Source: Prorocentrum cordatum (lineage: Eukaryota). Taken from it: DNA of 64,000 nucleotides. The translations under genes and the position numbers were made by a program. Shown here in pieces: positions 23,200 through 36,420 of this stretch (position 1 is its first letter; each line of letters starts with the position of its first letter). The stretch is taken from contig CAUYUJ010000081.1 of assembly GCA_963575745.1 (NCBI GenBank), forward strand, positions 1 through 64,000, given 5' to 3'. Below the pieces are notes generated by a model. The model saw only the letters and a list, made by a program, of their open reading frames with translations, had not been told where the DNA came from and made no database searches.

Positions 23200-26100
23200 G
23201 GGAGATGATGTTGGGGAGTCTGCTGGGGGGACGGAGATTGCTACCATCAATGTGACACCCTTGACCAGGGCTCGCTTGGAAGAATGTATCCGAGGTGCGG
23301 CTGGATCGCACTTCCTATCTCTACGAGAGATTCGCCAACGAGACGAACGGCCAGATTGGGCGCTCAATATCTTCACAAAGCGTGGCTGGTTTGCAATATG
23401 TTCTCCGCCGCCACCTCCATTGTGTAGGCATGCCGTCCGTCAAGGTGCCTGTGCAATTGCGTGGGGGCCTTCGTGCGTGGGTAAAGTTTCCGTGCTAAGC
23501 TCTTTGGACATCGCATGGTTGGTGTCAAGACGGAGCGAGCTATCCACATTTCAGTTTACGGCCCAGTGGACTCAGATGTTGCCTGGTGGTGTGGGGGGGG
23601 GCGCTTCCTGGAGTACGTGCACAATTTTGCTGTGCAGGGGGTGCCGACGTATCTGGTTGGAGATATGAATTGGCGACCTGCGTACAATGGCTTACTTGGG
23701 CCTGGGTGGTCCCAAACGCCTGCGCTGGCAGCGACAAGTTCGGATGGTACCTCGCCTGCGAAGTGCCTGTGCTATGACCCCCCTGTGCCTGCATTGCCGA
23801 AGTGCATCAGCATGTCTATGGTACCTGGAGTCCATTTCCATGGCCTCGTCAAGCACGAGTTGCAGGGGCCGATCCACCATCGCCCGCAACTTCGTTTACG
23901 CCGCGCCGCCTCCCGGAGTCAGACGGCCGGATGGAGGAGTTGCGGGCCAAGCTTGAGCAGAGAATGCCGAGTCAGACCGACCAGACCCTGCACGACATGG
24001 CCAACGATGGCCTGGCGAAAGTATGGAGCACTGGCACGAGAGGGCGGAGGCCGCCCTGCAGCTGGCGCTGGAGGAGGATTACGACACTATTTCGCGGGCT
24101 GCCGAGAGGCCGAAGGGTTCCGAGGCCTCGACCAGACCGACTTCGCCTGGGTCGCCTGCCGGGTTGGCGGGGACCATTGCGCTGCGACTGCTGCCCAGAC
24201 TACATCGCCATGTGTCCGAGAAGCTCAAAGGTAAGAACGCCCTGAACCCTCAATCGTCGGTGGATGGGAACCCGCGCGAACGGGCGGCTCGCGCTGCGAA
24301 GGGGAGGGGGATCCGGGAGGTCCCGCTGCGCGGAGTCTCGCCCTACAGCGAGACGCTCAACGTGCTGCCTGGAGCCATTTCCAAAGTGCAGGCCAAGGTA
24401 CAGGCCCCGCATGCTCGAGAGTGGAGGAAACGTTTTGCCACGTGGTCGTCCGACGTGCACCGAGTAGCCACGCCCATGTTTCGCGCTGCCTCACCGACGG
24501 CACCGTCCGATGCGAGTGAGATGAGACGAGGTTGAGGAAGGCAGTGGGCTCCAGGTCCTGAATCCCACGACGCTGCTGGCCATTGTACGCGCTGGCAAGA
24601 GTGGGCGGCTAACATGGACTTCCCACAGAGCGACAAGAGTGACAATCGGATTCCTACTTTAGGGTCCTTCGGTTCCAACATGGAGCATTGTCATGAAGTT
24701 CCAAGGCTTGACGGATGGCCGTCAAGGGAGCTCAATCTACTACGACGGTTGTTCCATACAGTTACTGTGGCGCATCACCTCACGGCCCTGTGAGAGCGCC
24801 AGGGGGTGCTGTCCAACGCCGAGCGGGGGCGCAAATTCCCTGGGGGGTCGTGGGCATTCCCAAGAAAGGGACGGAGTTTCGACCCATCAGCATGCGCTCG
24901 GTTCTGGTTCGAGGATGGTTGTCAGCGCTGGCTAAGGGCATGCCGCAGCCACTTGATAATCAGTACGCAGGTCACCAAAAGACCTCTGTTGCCCACGCCA
25001 TCTCGTCGTGGCTCCACGACTGCGAGTCCGCGGGAGCTGGGGCAGAGCTCGACTTGATCGAAGCCTACGATAACATCGACTTCGCGGCTGGTGCCCAACG
25101 TCGCATTTGCAGTGGAGTCCCGCCTGTGGTGACCTTTGCGGCGCTCGCATCTTGGCGGGGGGCGAGGCATTGCCAATTGGCCCAGGCGCTGGCGCCGCCC
25201 GCCTATATGGCCAAAGAGAGAGGATTGCAGGTGATTCAGTTGCCCCGAGTGCGATGATATCGTCATTGGCACCGTGGCAGCCGCATCAGGGAACGCGCTG
25301 CATGGACGATCAATCCATCGCGGCAGCCACAGTTGAAGCTCTCGACGCCGACCTTGCCTTCGCGCAGTCCTGCGACGTGGCAGTACGGTTCGGTGAGAAC
25401 CAAACCGAAAGGCAAAGGTGGGCGCGCTCCGATGCTCCGCTAATGCTGATTGAACACCTTGGGGTTGTGGCCATGCCAGTTGACCCCACTCACCCGATCT
25501 GGCCTCGTGCTGGTTGGGACAAGCTGAATGCCGCCATCCTCGCCCTGTCCTCGCGCCCAGGTACAGCAGCAGTACGGCGGAGGATGGCTATCTAATACAT
25601 TCGCCCCCTGTGGTTGTGGGGATGTCCACTGGCGGCTCCGCCTCCTGAGCTGACCAGCAGGACACCCTTCAGAACGGTCATCAAGACCAAACATATGTGG
25701 TGGTACGACGGGGGATGGTGGGCCCAACTTTCACCCGCCGGTGTCGGGCGCCGTACATGCCTTCAAGCTGGCCATCGCTCGGACGTCCATTCCCTGTGTT
25801 TCTTTCGGTTTCGTGCGTGGTTTTTTGGCAAATGATCAAGGATGCTCCTCGATGGTCCTCGCCGAAAGAAAAATGCACACGTCCGAGCGATGCCAAGTCA
25901 AGGTGATCGTGGGCGAGCGGCTGTGCTGGTCTACATGATTGGAGAACGTTGTGAAGCAACATGCGGCCGTTCTAGGCCTTCGTTTTCTCAGATACGCACA
26001 TGGTCGAAGATGCATCCTGAATGTGGATGAGCATGATGGCCACCGAGTACTGAGGCGTGTGGAAGCGACGGGACGAGAGTTGTGGACGCACCGTCCCAAC

Positions 26101-26500
26101 GAGCCGAGGTACAACAAGCGCATCGAGCACGTGCTGAGGTGTTTTGTACGAGTTCGGTGCCTGACCATGGTCAATGATAAGCGGGCGGACGCACCTGAGA
26201 TCCTGGATGTGGATATTGATGCTGAGCCCCACCCATCTTTCAAGATTTGTGTCAAGCAGTTGTCGGAAGAGCAAAAGGCATCCTTGAATATATTTCGGTC
26301 TGGGGCCGTAGCTTCGGAGACGCGCAGAAGAACGGGATTGCCTTGCAAACACTGCCAGGCCATCAATCCCTCATTTCGACATTTGTGGGCTGAACGCCCG
26401 AAGTACTCACGCTTTCGACGTGCCATTGGCGATCGCCACGGACTGCCTGATCTTTTCTGGACGTCGGCCCCTAGGGTGCTGGCAAAAGTAGATTGGTGAC
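23200..26500 (+). mobile_element. Degenerate LINE ORF: APE endonuclease - reverse transcriptase - C-terminal Zn finger
   Basis: EN: IATINVT, SLREIR, HISVYGP, YLVGDMNW, HFHGLV. RT: VVGIPKKGTEFRPIS, ELDLIEAYDNID, RG[fs]GDSVAP, CMDDQSI (YxDD decayed), EHLGV. C-terminus: CKHCQAINPSFRHLWAE. Multiple frameshifts and stops. Confidence 0.9.
25768..25897. mobile_element. MITE family E, copy 2, inserted in the LINE with a 5-bp TSD (TCAAG)
   Basis: TIRs CTGGCCATCGCTCGGACGT / ACGTCCGAGCGATGCCAAG. TCAAG at 25763-25767 and 25898-25902. Removing the element restores ..HAFK|VIVGERL in frame. Confidence 0.9.
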
Positions 26501-27544
26501 CTTCAGCTGCCACCCCAACCCGATGATGAGGACCACCATGCTGACCGCCGCTTGCGAGCTGGGGATTCTGATTTTGGGGAAGGTCTCGATGAAATGTTAC
26601 ATCCATCACCAAATCGGCAGGCTCTCTGGTTGCTGCTGATCGTGGTCTTGGTGGTGGATAGCGTTGTCAGCTATGGGGCTACTCCAGAATTCGGGCGCTC
26701 CATTCATCATCTTCTTCTCCTTCCTGACTTACAGAAATGCAATGTATTCGGCCTTCTCGCCTTTTTAATTCCGACGGGCTCCTGAGGCCTGAAGAGAAGA
26801 TGGCGAACGAGAGCCTCAAGAGGGGCCGAATGTAGCTCCAAGAACGCCCCAGAGCGCTGAAAGAGCACCAGAATACCCGAAGAGGCGATGGTGCGCTACT
26901 CCAGAAGAGCTCGGCTGATAGAAGGGCCCCTCCTGTCTTAGATCGATGGCTTCCCCTCCTTTGGCCGATGGTCCATATAATGATCCTAAGGTCCCCAAGG
27001 AGGCCCCAAGAAAGCCATAGATATCTAAAGGCCTCTGAAATGACCCAAGTAAGATACGAAGAGGCTCCCATATCGAAAGATCTGGGAAGGCATGCGTGGT
27101 TGACTCCTGGACCTGATCAGGCTGTTCCCGGGCTTCGGTTTGACAGCCGCCCCCTCTTCGTTCCACTGCTTGCCCCGACACTACTCTGATTTAAGGCAAC
27201 TCGCCTGGGCAACGTTTCTAAATGGGCTGGTCGGGATATGCGAACCGTCAAGAAAATCAAGGTGGATCCAGCTGTGGTAGCGAAGGCACCGCAGGGAAAA
27301 CGTCCGAATCCATCCTCGTCCTCCTCGTCTTCCCCGTGCTCCCCTCGCTATTCGTCCACATCGTCCTCCCTCCCCGCCTCGCCCTCCTCGTCCCCCTCCC
27401 GTCCTAGTCCTCCTCCCCCCCCCAACCCCCTTCCTCCTTTTTGTCGTCCTCCTCCTCCCCCTCCTCCTCCTCTCATCTCTCCTCCCTCCCCCTTCCCATC
27501 CTTCCCCCTCCACCTCCTCGACCACCTCCCCCGCGGCCGGGTTC

Positions 27545-27607
27545 CTGTCCGAGCTCATCTGCGGCCCTCAAGGCACGCAGCGGCGAGAAGACGGAGTCGT
27601 CCGTCTC
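27545..27607 (-). CDS. Candidate exon (ETDDSVFSPLRALRAADELGQ)
   Basis: CCAG|G acceptor, CAG|GA donor, 63 nt, phase 0/0. Confidence 0.5.
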
Positions 27608-29094
27608 CTGGCCGGGCCTCTCTCGGACGGACGACACATCATGGGGGGACTGCGTTCACATCCGCAGAAGAACATCGGAGCATACAGCTCGTAAACAAAA
27701 ACATACACTCACGACTGGGCGTCGGAGGCCGATGGCGGCTGCGTCGCAGTATTTGCAAACATGCTCTGTTGTTTTATCGAATAATGTAAAGTCCCTGGCG
27801 AACGAACGTCTCCCTTGCCCTGATCTCCTGACTCGGAGGGACCCGTAAAGATGTCTTGCGACATGGCGATGCTTCCCCGGTTCGACAGTGTAAGGGCGGG
27901 TGGTGATACGCGCGCCCGAGAGACAGGGCGCGCGTACCTTATCCGCTAAGACGCCCGTCGCGCCATGTCTTTACGAGTCACTCGAACCAAACGCGCGCGG
28001 CGGAACGCGCATGGAAGCCTGCTCAGAAGAGAAGCGGAGAGAGCGATGGTAATGAACCCCCGAGGCGGGCACCGTAGCTGCTCCACCCCACGTGCCAGCC
28101 TTCGGTGCACCTCGCCAGGGGGCGCCAACCCCGAAGCAAGTTTCGTGCGCTTCTTCCGTCCGAGCAGTGCTTACCTCCTGCTGCAGAGGTGAAGGCTCGA
28201 CTGCTCGACGCAGCCCCGAATCGAATCAAACCAGGCCCGCGGGCGCCACCCGGTCCCCAGGGCCACGCTGCCCGCATACTGGGGGCGGTCCTCCCACTCG
28301 GTGGCTTCCTGGACTCCACCTTCCATCGTCGCCACGAGAGCGGTCCTGTCGCCGAGTGGCAGTCGACCATCCGCCAGCGTTTCCGCCACGATCTGTCGCT
28401 GGTCCACCAGGAGCTCGTGACGCCCCACGTGTCTCTGCTGCCACGAGCCCCTTCACTGGCCTGGCCCCTGCTGTTCCTCTGCCGGAAGAAGGATGCTTGC
28501 CAGCGGGGCCATCATCCGGTGTATGCGTGCGACCCCTCGTGGCGCCTCCATTCGCCGAGTCTCCTCCGTGACCATGGTCACCTTCGTCACCTTCGGCCCC
28601 GCCACGGTTGCCATAGATGAAGGGGCCCAGGGAAGCACAAACAAATACGCACAAATAACATGAAGTCCCCATATGTTCCAAGATTTTCTAGGCTCTCGTC
28701 TCCACCCCCACTTCCCCTAGTTTCGCATATTCTCCTGGGAGCCGACGGTTAATTGTGTCTGTGTTTCTTTCCCTCCTGGAGTAGTTATGCTTCAGGCAGA
28801 TGCTTGCCATCGCTCGGACGTCCATCCCCCGTGCATGCCTTTTGCTTCGTGTTTTTCTCCAAACCGCCCTGTGGTGCTGGGCCTCGTCTTGAAGAGACAG
28901 CGCACCGCGCTCCTTGCTCACTCCTCCTCTTCCTCCTCCTCCTCCTCCTCCTCCTCCTCCTCCTCTTCCTCCTCCTCCTCCTCCTTCTCTTGACGACGTC
29001 TCCCGCTCACAGCCCGAGTCTCCGCCACGGGCAGTCGAGCGGGCGGCCTCTCCCCGGTGGGGGGGGGGCGGGTCCACCGGCTGCGAGCCGGGGC

Positions 29095-29135
29095 CTCGGA
29101 GGCTGCAACGCGAAGAGCCTCCTCCTTCCACCGGC
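29095..29135 (-). CDS. Candidate exon (GRWKEEALRVAASE)
   Basis: GAG|G acceptor, GAG|GC donor, 41 nt, phase 1/0. Confidence 0.5.
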
Positions 29136-29955
29136 CTCGAGAGGGCCTCGTCCTCGTCCTCCTCCTCCTCCTCCTCCTCCTCTTCCTCCTCGTCCTCCTC
29201 GTCCTCCCCCTCCTCCTCGTCCTCCCCCTCCTCCTCCTCCTCCTCGTCCCTCGTCGTCCTCCTCCTCCTCCTCCTCCTCCTCCACTCCTTGCTGCCCCCG
29301 CTCCCCCCCCACCTTCGCCCCACTGACCTTCACCTACCCAGTCTCGTGGCGGAGGGACGGGCCAAATCGAGCACTCAGTTGGCGCGTCTAGTCCGCCCGC
29401 ACCACTTAGGAACTTTACCCAATATGCAGTGCTCCCATGTGTGTCTCCCTCCTTTGCCTCTCTTTCTCTTTCTTCCCCTGCCAATTGCTTGGGGAGGGGG
29501 GCTACCTCGCGAAATCGAGGTTCCTTTCTGAGCTGACCGCGTCTTGCCCCGAGCCGCCGCGACGCCGCGACCACAAGAAAGTTTGGGCGCGTTGTCCCAT
29601 AAGGCGAAATTGGGAGGGTGCGCCGCTGGATCTCCCAAAGGGTGGGGGGGTTGGGACCCCCCCCCTCCCCTTCCCCGATCCGTCGTCGGGGACCCCCCCC
29701 CCGTCCCCCTTCCCCGATCCGCCGTCGGGGACCCCCCCCCCCTCCCCCCCTTTCCCCGACCCGTCGTCGGGGAACCCCCCCCTCCCCCCCCCCTTTCAAA
29801 AAGAGGGGGGAGGGTCCGAACCCCCCCCCCCCCCTCCCCCCCTTTCGCCACGCCGCCCCCTGACTCCGGACCCGACCCGCCACCCCTACCCCTAGTCCTC
29901 ACCCTAACCCAAACCCCTAATCCTAATCCCAACCACCAACCCCAGCCCCAAAAAG

Positions 29956-31935
29956 TACTCACTACTCATTACTCACTACTGACTACTCGCTTTTCGCTAC
30001 TCACTTCTCACTACCCCCTACTCAGTACTCACGACTCACTACTCACTATCCACTACTCACTACCCACCACCCACTACTCGCTACTCACTACTCCCTACTC
30101 ACTCCTCCCTCCTCCCTACTCACTCCTCACTACTCAATACTCACACTACTGACGAAGCACTACTCACTACTCCCTACTCGCTACTCACTAATCACTACTC
30201 ATTACCCACTACCCACTATCCACTACTCACTACTAACTACCCACAAATCACTACTCCTACCCACTACTCGCTACTATCTACTCACTACTCCCTACACAAT
30301 ACTGAATACACAGTACTCAGTACTCACTACTCGCTACTCCAATACTACGCTACTCAATACTCACTACTCACTCCCAACTACTCACTATTCACTACTCACT
30401 ACTTACTACTCCCTACTCACTAGCTACTATCTACTCACTACTCCCTACACAATACTGAATACACAGTACTCAGTACTCACTACTCGCTACTCCAATACTC
30501 GCTACTCAATACTCACTAGTCACTACATAGTCTCTAGTCACTAGTCACAACTCACTAGTCACTACTCACTACCCACTACCCACGACTCACCAATCGCTAC
30601 TCACTAGCCACTATTCGCTACCCACATCTTACAACTCACTGCTCACTACTCCCTACTCCCTACTCACTACATCGCTACTCCCTACTCGTTACTCACTAAT
30701 CACTACCCACTACTCACTACTGACTGCTCTCTAATCACTACTCACTACTCACTAGGCCCTACTCGCTCCTCACGACTCACTACTCACTATCCACTACTCA
30801 CTACCCACCACCCACTACTCGCTACTCACCACTCCCTACTCACTCCTCCCTCCTCCCTACTCACTCCTCACTACTCAATACTCACACTACTGACGAAGCA
30901 CTACTCACTACTCCCTACTCGCTACTCACTAATCACTACTCATTACCCACTACCCACTATCCACTACTCACTACTAACTACCCACAAATCACTACTCCTA
31001 CCCACTACTCGCTACTATCTACTCACTACTCCCTACACAATACTGAATACACAGTACTCAGTACTCACTACTCGCTACTCCAATACTCGCTACTCAATAC
31101 TCACTACTCACTCCCAACTACTCACTATTCACTACTCACTACCTACTACTCCCTACTCACTAGTCACTACATAGTCTCTAGTCACTAGTCACAACTCACT
31201 AGTCACTACTCACTACCCACTACCCACGACTCACCAATCGCTACTCAGTAGCCACTATTCGCTACCCACATCTTACAACTCACTGCTCACTACTCCCTAC
31301 TCCCTACTCACTACATCGCTACTCCCTACTCGTTACTCACTAATCACTACCCACTACTCACTACTGACTGCTCTCTAATCACTACTCACTACTCACTAGG
31401 CCCTACTCGCTCCTCACTACTCACTACTCGCTACTCCCTACTCGCTACTCACTACACAGTCACTACCCACTATTCTCTATTCATCACTACTCACTACGCA
31501 CCACGTACTATTCAATACTCACCACTCACTACTCACTACTCACTGCTCGCTACTCACTACTCACTACTCACTACTCACTACTCACTACTCACTACTCCCT
31601 GCTCACTACTAACTATTCGCTACTCACTACTCACTACTCACTACGCACTACGCACTACCCACTATTCACTACTCTCTGATCACTACTCGCCACCCACTAC
31701 TCACTACGCACTAACTCACTGCCCACTATTCATTACTCCCTACTCCCTATTCAGTACTCACTACTCGCTACTCGCTACTCACTACTCACTACTCGACACT
31801 CACTACTCACTTATCAGTACACACGACTCACTATTCATTACTCACTACTCCCTACTCCCTACTCGCTCACTACTCACTACGCACTAACTCACTACTCACT
31901 ACTCACCACTCCCTACTCCCAACTCCGTACTCCCT
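29956..31935. repeat. (CACTACT)n heptamer satellite with a ~740-bp higher-order duplication
   Basis: The marker GACGAAGCAC occurs at 30151 and 30892, and the variant pattern after it is repeated. Confidence 0.95.
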
Positions 31936-33769
31936 ACACGGGGGAGGGGGTCCGACCCCCCCCCCCCTTCCAACGCCAAGGGGGGAAAGGGGGGGGGGGG
32001 GGTCGGGAACCCCCTTCCCCCCCTGAAGGGGGGAGAGAGGGGGGGGTTCCGGACCCCCCCCCCCCTTTGAAGGAGGGGAGGGGGGGGGGTTCTGGACCCC
32101 CCCCTCTTTAGTGGATTCAGGGAGATCCACTGGCGCACTTTCCGAAAGTGGCGCCTCTCTCGTTTTGTTGATCGATGGCTTCCAGGCCTCAAGAGGGCCT
32201 CTACAGCCTCCATGAGGACCCAAGAGGGTCTCAATGGTCCCCCCAATTGGCCCCACGAGAGGACCAAGGAAGACCAGAGGTCTCCAAACTGGCCCCGCGA
32301 GACCTGCAAGGCGCTCCCACGGCGAACGATCTGCCAAGGCCTTGAGGGGTACCCATGTCGTCACCGTCGTAAACGTAGTCCTTCCCCAAACCCGCGAAGA
32401 CGGATGTGGCTCATTCCTGAGCTGCATGCTGCTGCACATCCCTGATCAGGGCAACTCGACTGGGGTCTGTTGTTGGATGGGCTGGTGGGGGTACGCGAAG
32501 CATGCAGAATGTACCTCACACACCATGCTCAATGTTTGAATCCGAGCGTGCATACCAAGTCAATGAGTGGTACAATAAGATTGCCAGCGCAAGTGTGACG
32601 AGCATGTCCCCACTTACTGCTGAAGTTCATTGCCTGTTCGCATCGCCTCTCACATGGTAATCCTTTGCAGAGCATAGATAATATGCAGTCCTGTGCCTGC
32701 TCGGCCTCGAGCTGTATTTGCCTAGCGCGGCGGCGTACACACAAATTGACACATGCAATGGATCGTCCTCCAAACTGGGGAGACGAACGTCCCGCATGGG
32801 AATGAACAACAACATCAACGTGCTAATTCCATCGCTTCCCAAAAAAGGCTGACCGACCTGCCGATTCTCATCGCAATTCCGCGCGCGATCATGAGTCTCT
32901 CGCAGTACGGGCTTCCGTGTGCGCGCATGATCACGTGGAGCTGCAATTCCCATGGTGCATGAAACGAGGGTTCAGCGAAAGGGGCTCCAGCGAACCAACT
33001 ACGACACTGACGCAACAGTGGTTTCCCAACGCTTTCTGGCGCCAGAAACCATTGTGCATAACGGGAAGTGTCCTATGGCGATGCCGAAACTAGCTGCAGG
33101 CTGCAGAGTACGCCCCAAGCTTCACACACATGAAGCCACCTCTTTCTCGGAGGAGGGCCGATTCAGATAACGGCGGCCCTCCCGCCAAGCCCAAATCCGC
33201 TCAAAAGCGTTTCCCAAACCGCTCCTGGGGTCCATTCTGCCCCTTTCATCGGACTGGATCCAGGAGACCCGAAATGCATGAACCACGCCAGGCAGGGTCG
33301 ACGCTGCTCTGACTGGCCCTCTCTCTCGCCGGTTTTTTCCGTCCTAGCGAATCGCGCAGAGTGAGAGCGCGACGAGCGTGGTGCGTGCCGTCGGGAAGGA
33401 GAGGGACCCCCCCTCCTCCCACGGAACCTCGCCGAGCACGTCCCGGCCAGGATCTCCACTTTGGGGGGTCCCACGACCGCGCGGTGGCAGACTGCGCGGT
33501 GACCTCGGAGACCCGAGAAGCTTCACCGCACTGTCGGTCACCGCATGGTTTTGAGGCCCTGGAGGCCCCACTGGCCTCAGGTCGGGCATGTCCCCCTAGA
33601 GGCGGATTTCGGAGGAAAAATAGAACACCGTCAAAACAGACTCCAGAATAGCCCAACAAATAACAGAGAAGTCGTACCGGGACTATTTGTTGGTTTTCGG
33701 ATACTCCTCCTGTAGATGGACAGGCCCGACGTAACCCTGGAGGCCCCACTCGCCCACTCAAACGTTTTT

Positions 33770-34270
33770 CGTGCCCCCATGGGGAGCTCCGCCGAAGGCC
33801 CCCACGGCAGGACACACATGGCTACGTATCCGCCCCATGTCGGAGCACCTCTCGCCTCTCATACGTTTCGCGCCCCCATAGGGAAGAGCTCCGCCGAAGG
33901 CCCCAATGGCAAGGTCCGTATGGTTTCCCGCCGAACTTAGGCGCACCCCTCATACGCTCCATGGTCCCAGGGGGAGCTCCGCCGAAGGCCCCAATGGCAA
34001 GGTCGGCATGGTTGTCCGATCCTTTTCGGTGCGCCTCTCGCACGCTTCGCGGAGCAGAAGAAGCTCCACCGAATGCCCCAGTGGTAGGGTCCGCATTGCT
34101 ACCGGCCCCATCTTGGCGCACCCCTCACACGTTTCGTGGCCCATGGGGAGCTTTGATGGCCCTGAATAGCAGGGTCCGCATGGTTACCCGCCCCATTTTG
34201 GAGCACACCTCACACGTTTCGTGGCCCCACAAGGAGTTCCGCCGAACGCAACAGTTGCGAGGTCCTCATG
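33770..34270 (-). repeat. Old, diverged, inverted copies (~5-6) of the 89-bp tandem unit
   Basis: Recurrent GCCCCATAGGGAGCTCCGCCGAAGGCCCCAATGGCAAGGTCCGCATGG-like units are the reverse complement of the 42549-44065 unit. Confidence 0.85.
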
Positions 34271-34761
34271 CTTAGTCGCCCCACTTTGGTGCATACCTAA
34301 CCCCGTCAGTGTGGTCTGCCCCTGTTGGAGTAGCTCTCAGGGGCACCACAGGCCCCTCACAAGATTCTCGTTCACTGAGCAGTCCTGCTCATAGTAGGCC
34401 TCGTTATGAGGAAGGGCTGGGTTCTCCGCCAAGCGAATTTGTCGCAGAATCGGCGGTCGCGCGGGCCGGTCGGGCATAGCAGGGCTGTTGTGCAATGCTG
34501 AATTGTACACACAGAGGCCTCCTAGATGAGGCCAGATTAGACACGACGATGCATCGGCGACGTCGGCGACGCATCGGCGACGCCAGCGCGGACAACATCG
34601 GGCTCCACATCGAACTGCATCCTCGATGCATCGGCGATGCGGCGCGATCCTCCGACCCCATCTACTCCGACCCCATCCAGGAGCCCTAGAACACAGGAGG
34701 GGCGAGGAAGACGCAAGCGGCGGCCGTGGGGGAGAGGAACAGGAATGCTGCTCCCTCAGAC

Positions 34762-34799
34762 CGCGCTGGTCTGGTGGCGGCGTGCTGCGGCGCGGGCTC
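34762..34799 (-). CDS. Candidate exon (RSPRRSTPPPDQRG)
   Basis: GCAG|G acceptor, G|GT donor, 38 nt, phase 2/1. Confidence 0.45.
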
Positions 34800-35838
34800 C
34801 TGCGAAGTGCTGCAAAGCAAGGCGAGGACGCCTCCGCTCCTCCCACGGCATGGAGGAGCAACGACAGTGGGGGTCCGGCACAAGGGGGGGATGCATCGAC
34901 CTGGAATCGGCGACACATCGCCGATGGATTGGCCAGGCCTCCGATCGCGAATCCGCACCCTCCTGGGCAGGTTGGGGACATCGGGCCCCTCTCGGCGAGG
35001 AGTGGGCATTGGGGGTCGATGCATCCCCTCCTACGCCCTATCCCCCCCTATCGTTGCCCCTGAAGCTCGGAAGCCGGGCGACGGCTGGCAAACCCGTGTT
35101 TCCCTTTTCCTCCGGGAAGCGGCCCGTTTACTATTTGGTGCGCCGAGCTCCAGCCCTCGCCCAGCTTCTGAGAGGGTTCCAAAGAGGGGTTTGGGGGAGG
35201 GGGTTTTCCAGAGAGCCCCCTCCCCCCCAGGAGCCTCGGAACCTCGTCAAAAGCGGGGGTGCGAAGCCCCTGGGGGACCCCTCTTGGCAAACCCCCTCCC
35301 CCAAAAAACCCTGACCGTCCAGGCATTTCTTTAGCCCTACCACGATATGTTCCTTGAGCCCAGAAGCGTTCTCAAAACAGAAACAATGCTCTTAGAACAT
35401 AAGCCCGATGTGTTAAAACAAGACGGTCCCAGCCAGAAACGTTCTAAGGAATCATTCGTGCAGACCACATAAAAGGTTCTTAGAACACTGTTTGGTAGGC
35501 CTATAGGCACGCCAGGACGCTTCGCCACTGCTTGACTTTGGACTCCTCCGCCAAGCTTCCTTTGGAGTCCCGAAACGGTGCGGTGACACACCGTGCGGTG
35601 ACCTCGAAATCCCCCAAGACCTCACCGCACGGTCCGTCACCGCACGGTCTTGGGACCCTGGAGGCCCCTGTCGCCCGAGACGTCCTCGGAGAACGACCCG
35701 AGCCCCAAAACCGTGCGGTGACCCCGAATCCCCACCGACTCACCGCGCGGTGTGGCCACCGCCCCGTTTGGGGGCCCCCGACTTTCGCGAGGCGTGCCCG
35801 CCCTATGCCGGGGCGCCGGGCGGCGCGGGGCGGCGTGC

Positions 35839-35921
35839 CGCTCGATCCGCAGCTCGCCGTCCTCGGAGGGCCGCCGCCGCGCCGGGCCGCCGGGGCCCGC
35901 CTCGCCGGCGTCCAGGTCCGC
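35839..35921 (-). CDS. Candidate exon (ADLDAGEAGPGGPARRRPSEDGELRIE)
   Basis: CCAG|G acceptor, CG|GCACG donor, 83 nt, phase 0/2, high GC3. Confidence 0.5.
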
Positions 35922-36420
35922 CTGGGGGCCGGCCCCGGGCCGCCGGCAGGGCCTCGACAGCGCCCAAGGAACAGCGCGCACGCCCACGCCCATAGCGGGG
36001 GGGGGATCGTTGGGAGGAGGGCCGGCTATGGGCATGGGTGCGGGTTGTCGGGCCCCGGGGAACGCCTCCGTTCGTGATGGGCCTGTCTTCCACCACCACC
36101 ACCGTAAGTTGGAGGGGGAAGGAGGTGGAGGACGAGGAGGAGGACGAAGAGGAGGAGGAGGAGGAGGAGGAGGAGGAGGAGGAGGAGGAGGAGGAGGAGG
36201 AGGAAGAGGACCCCCTCCCTCCAACTCATGGCGGTGGTGGTGGTGGAAAACAAGCCCATCGGTTCGAGCGGCGGCCCCCCTCCGACGACGCGCGCCCACA
36301 GCCCTCTGCCACCCCCCTATGGGCGCGGGTGTGCGTTGCTGCTTCGCCATCGAGGAGCATCGGGTCGGGTCGGGCGGGCGGCGGGCCGCGCCTCGACGGG
36401 GGCGCCCCTGGGGGAGATGC

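Noticed and set aside
29885..29950. True telomere or interstitial telomeric array
   Set aside because: Only a few degenerate CCCTAA-like units; no (CCCTAAA)n run.
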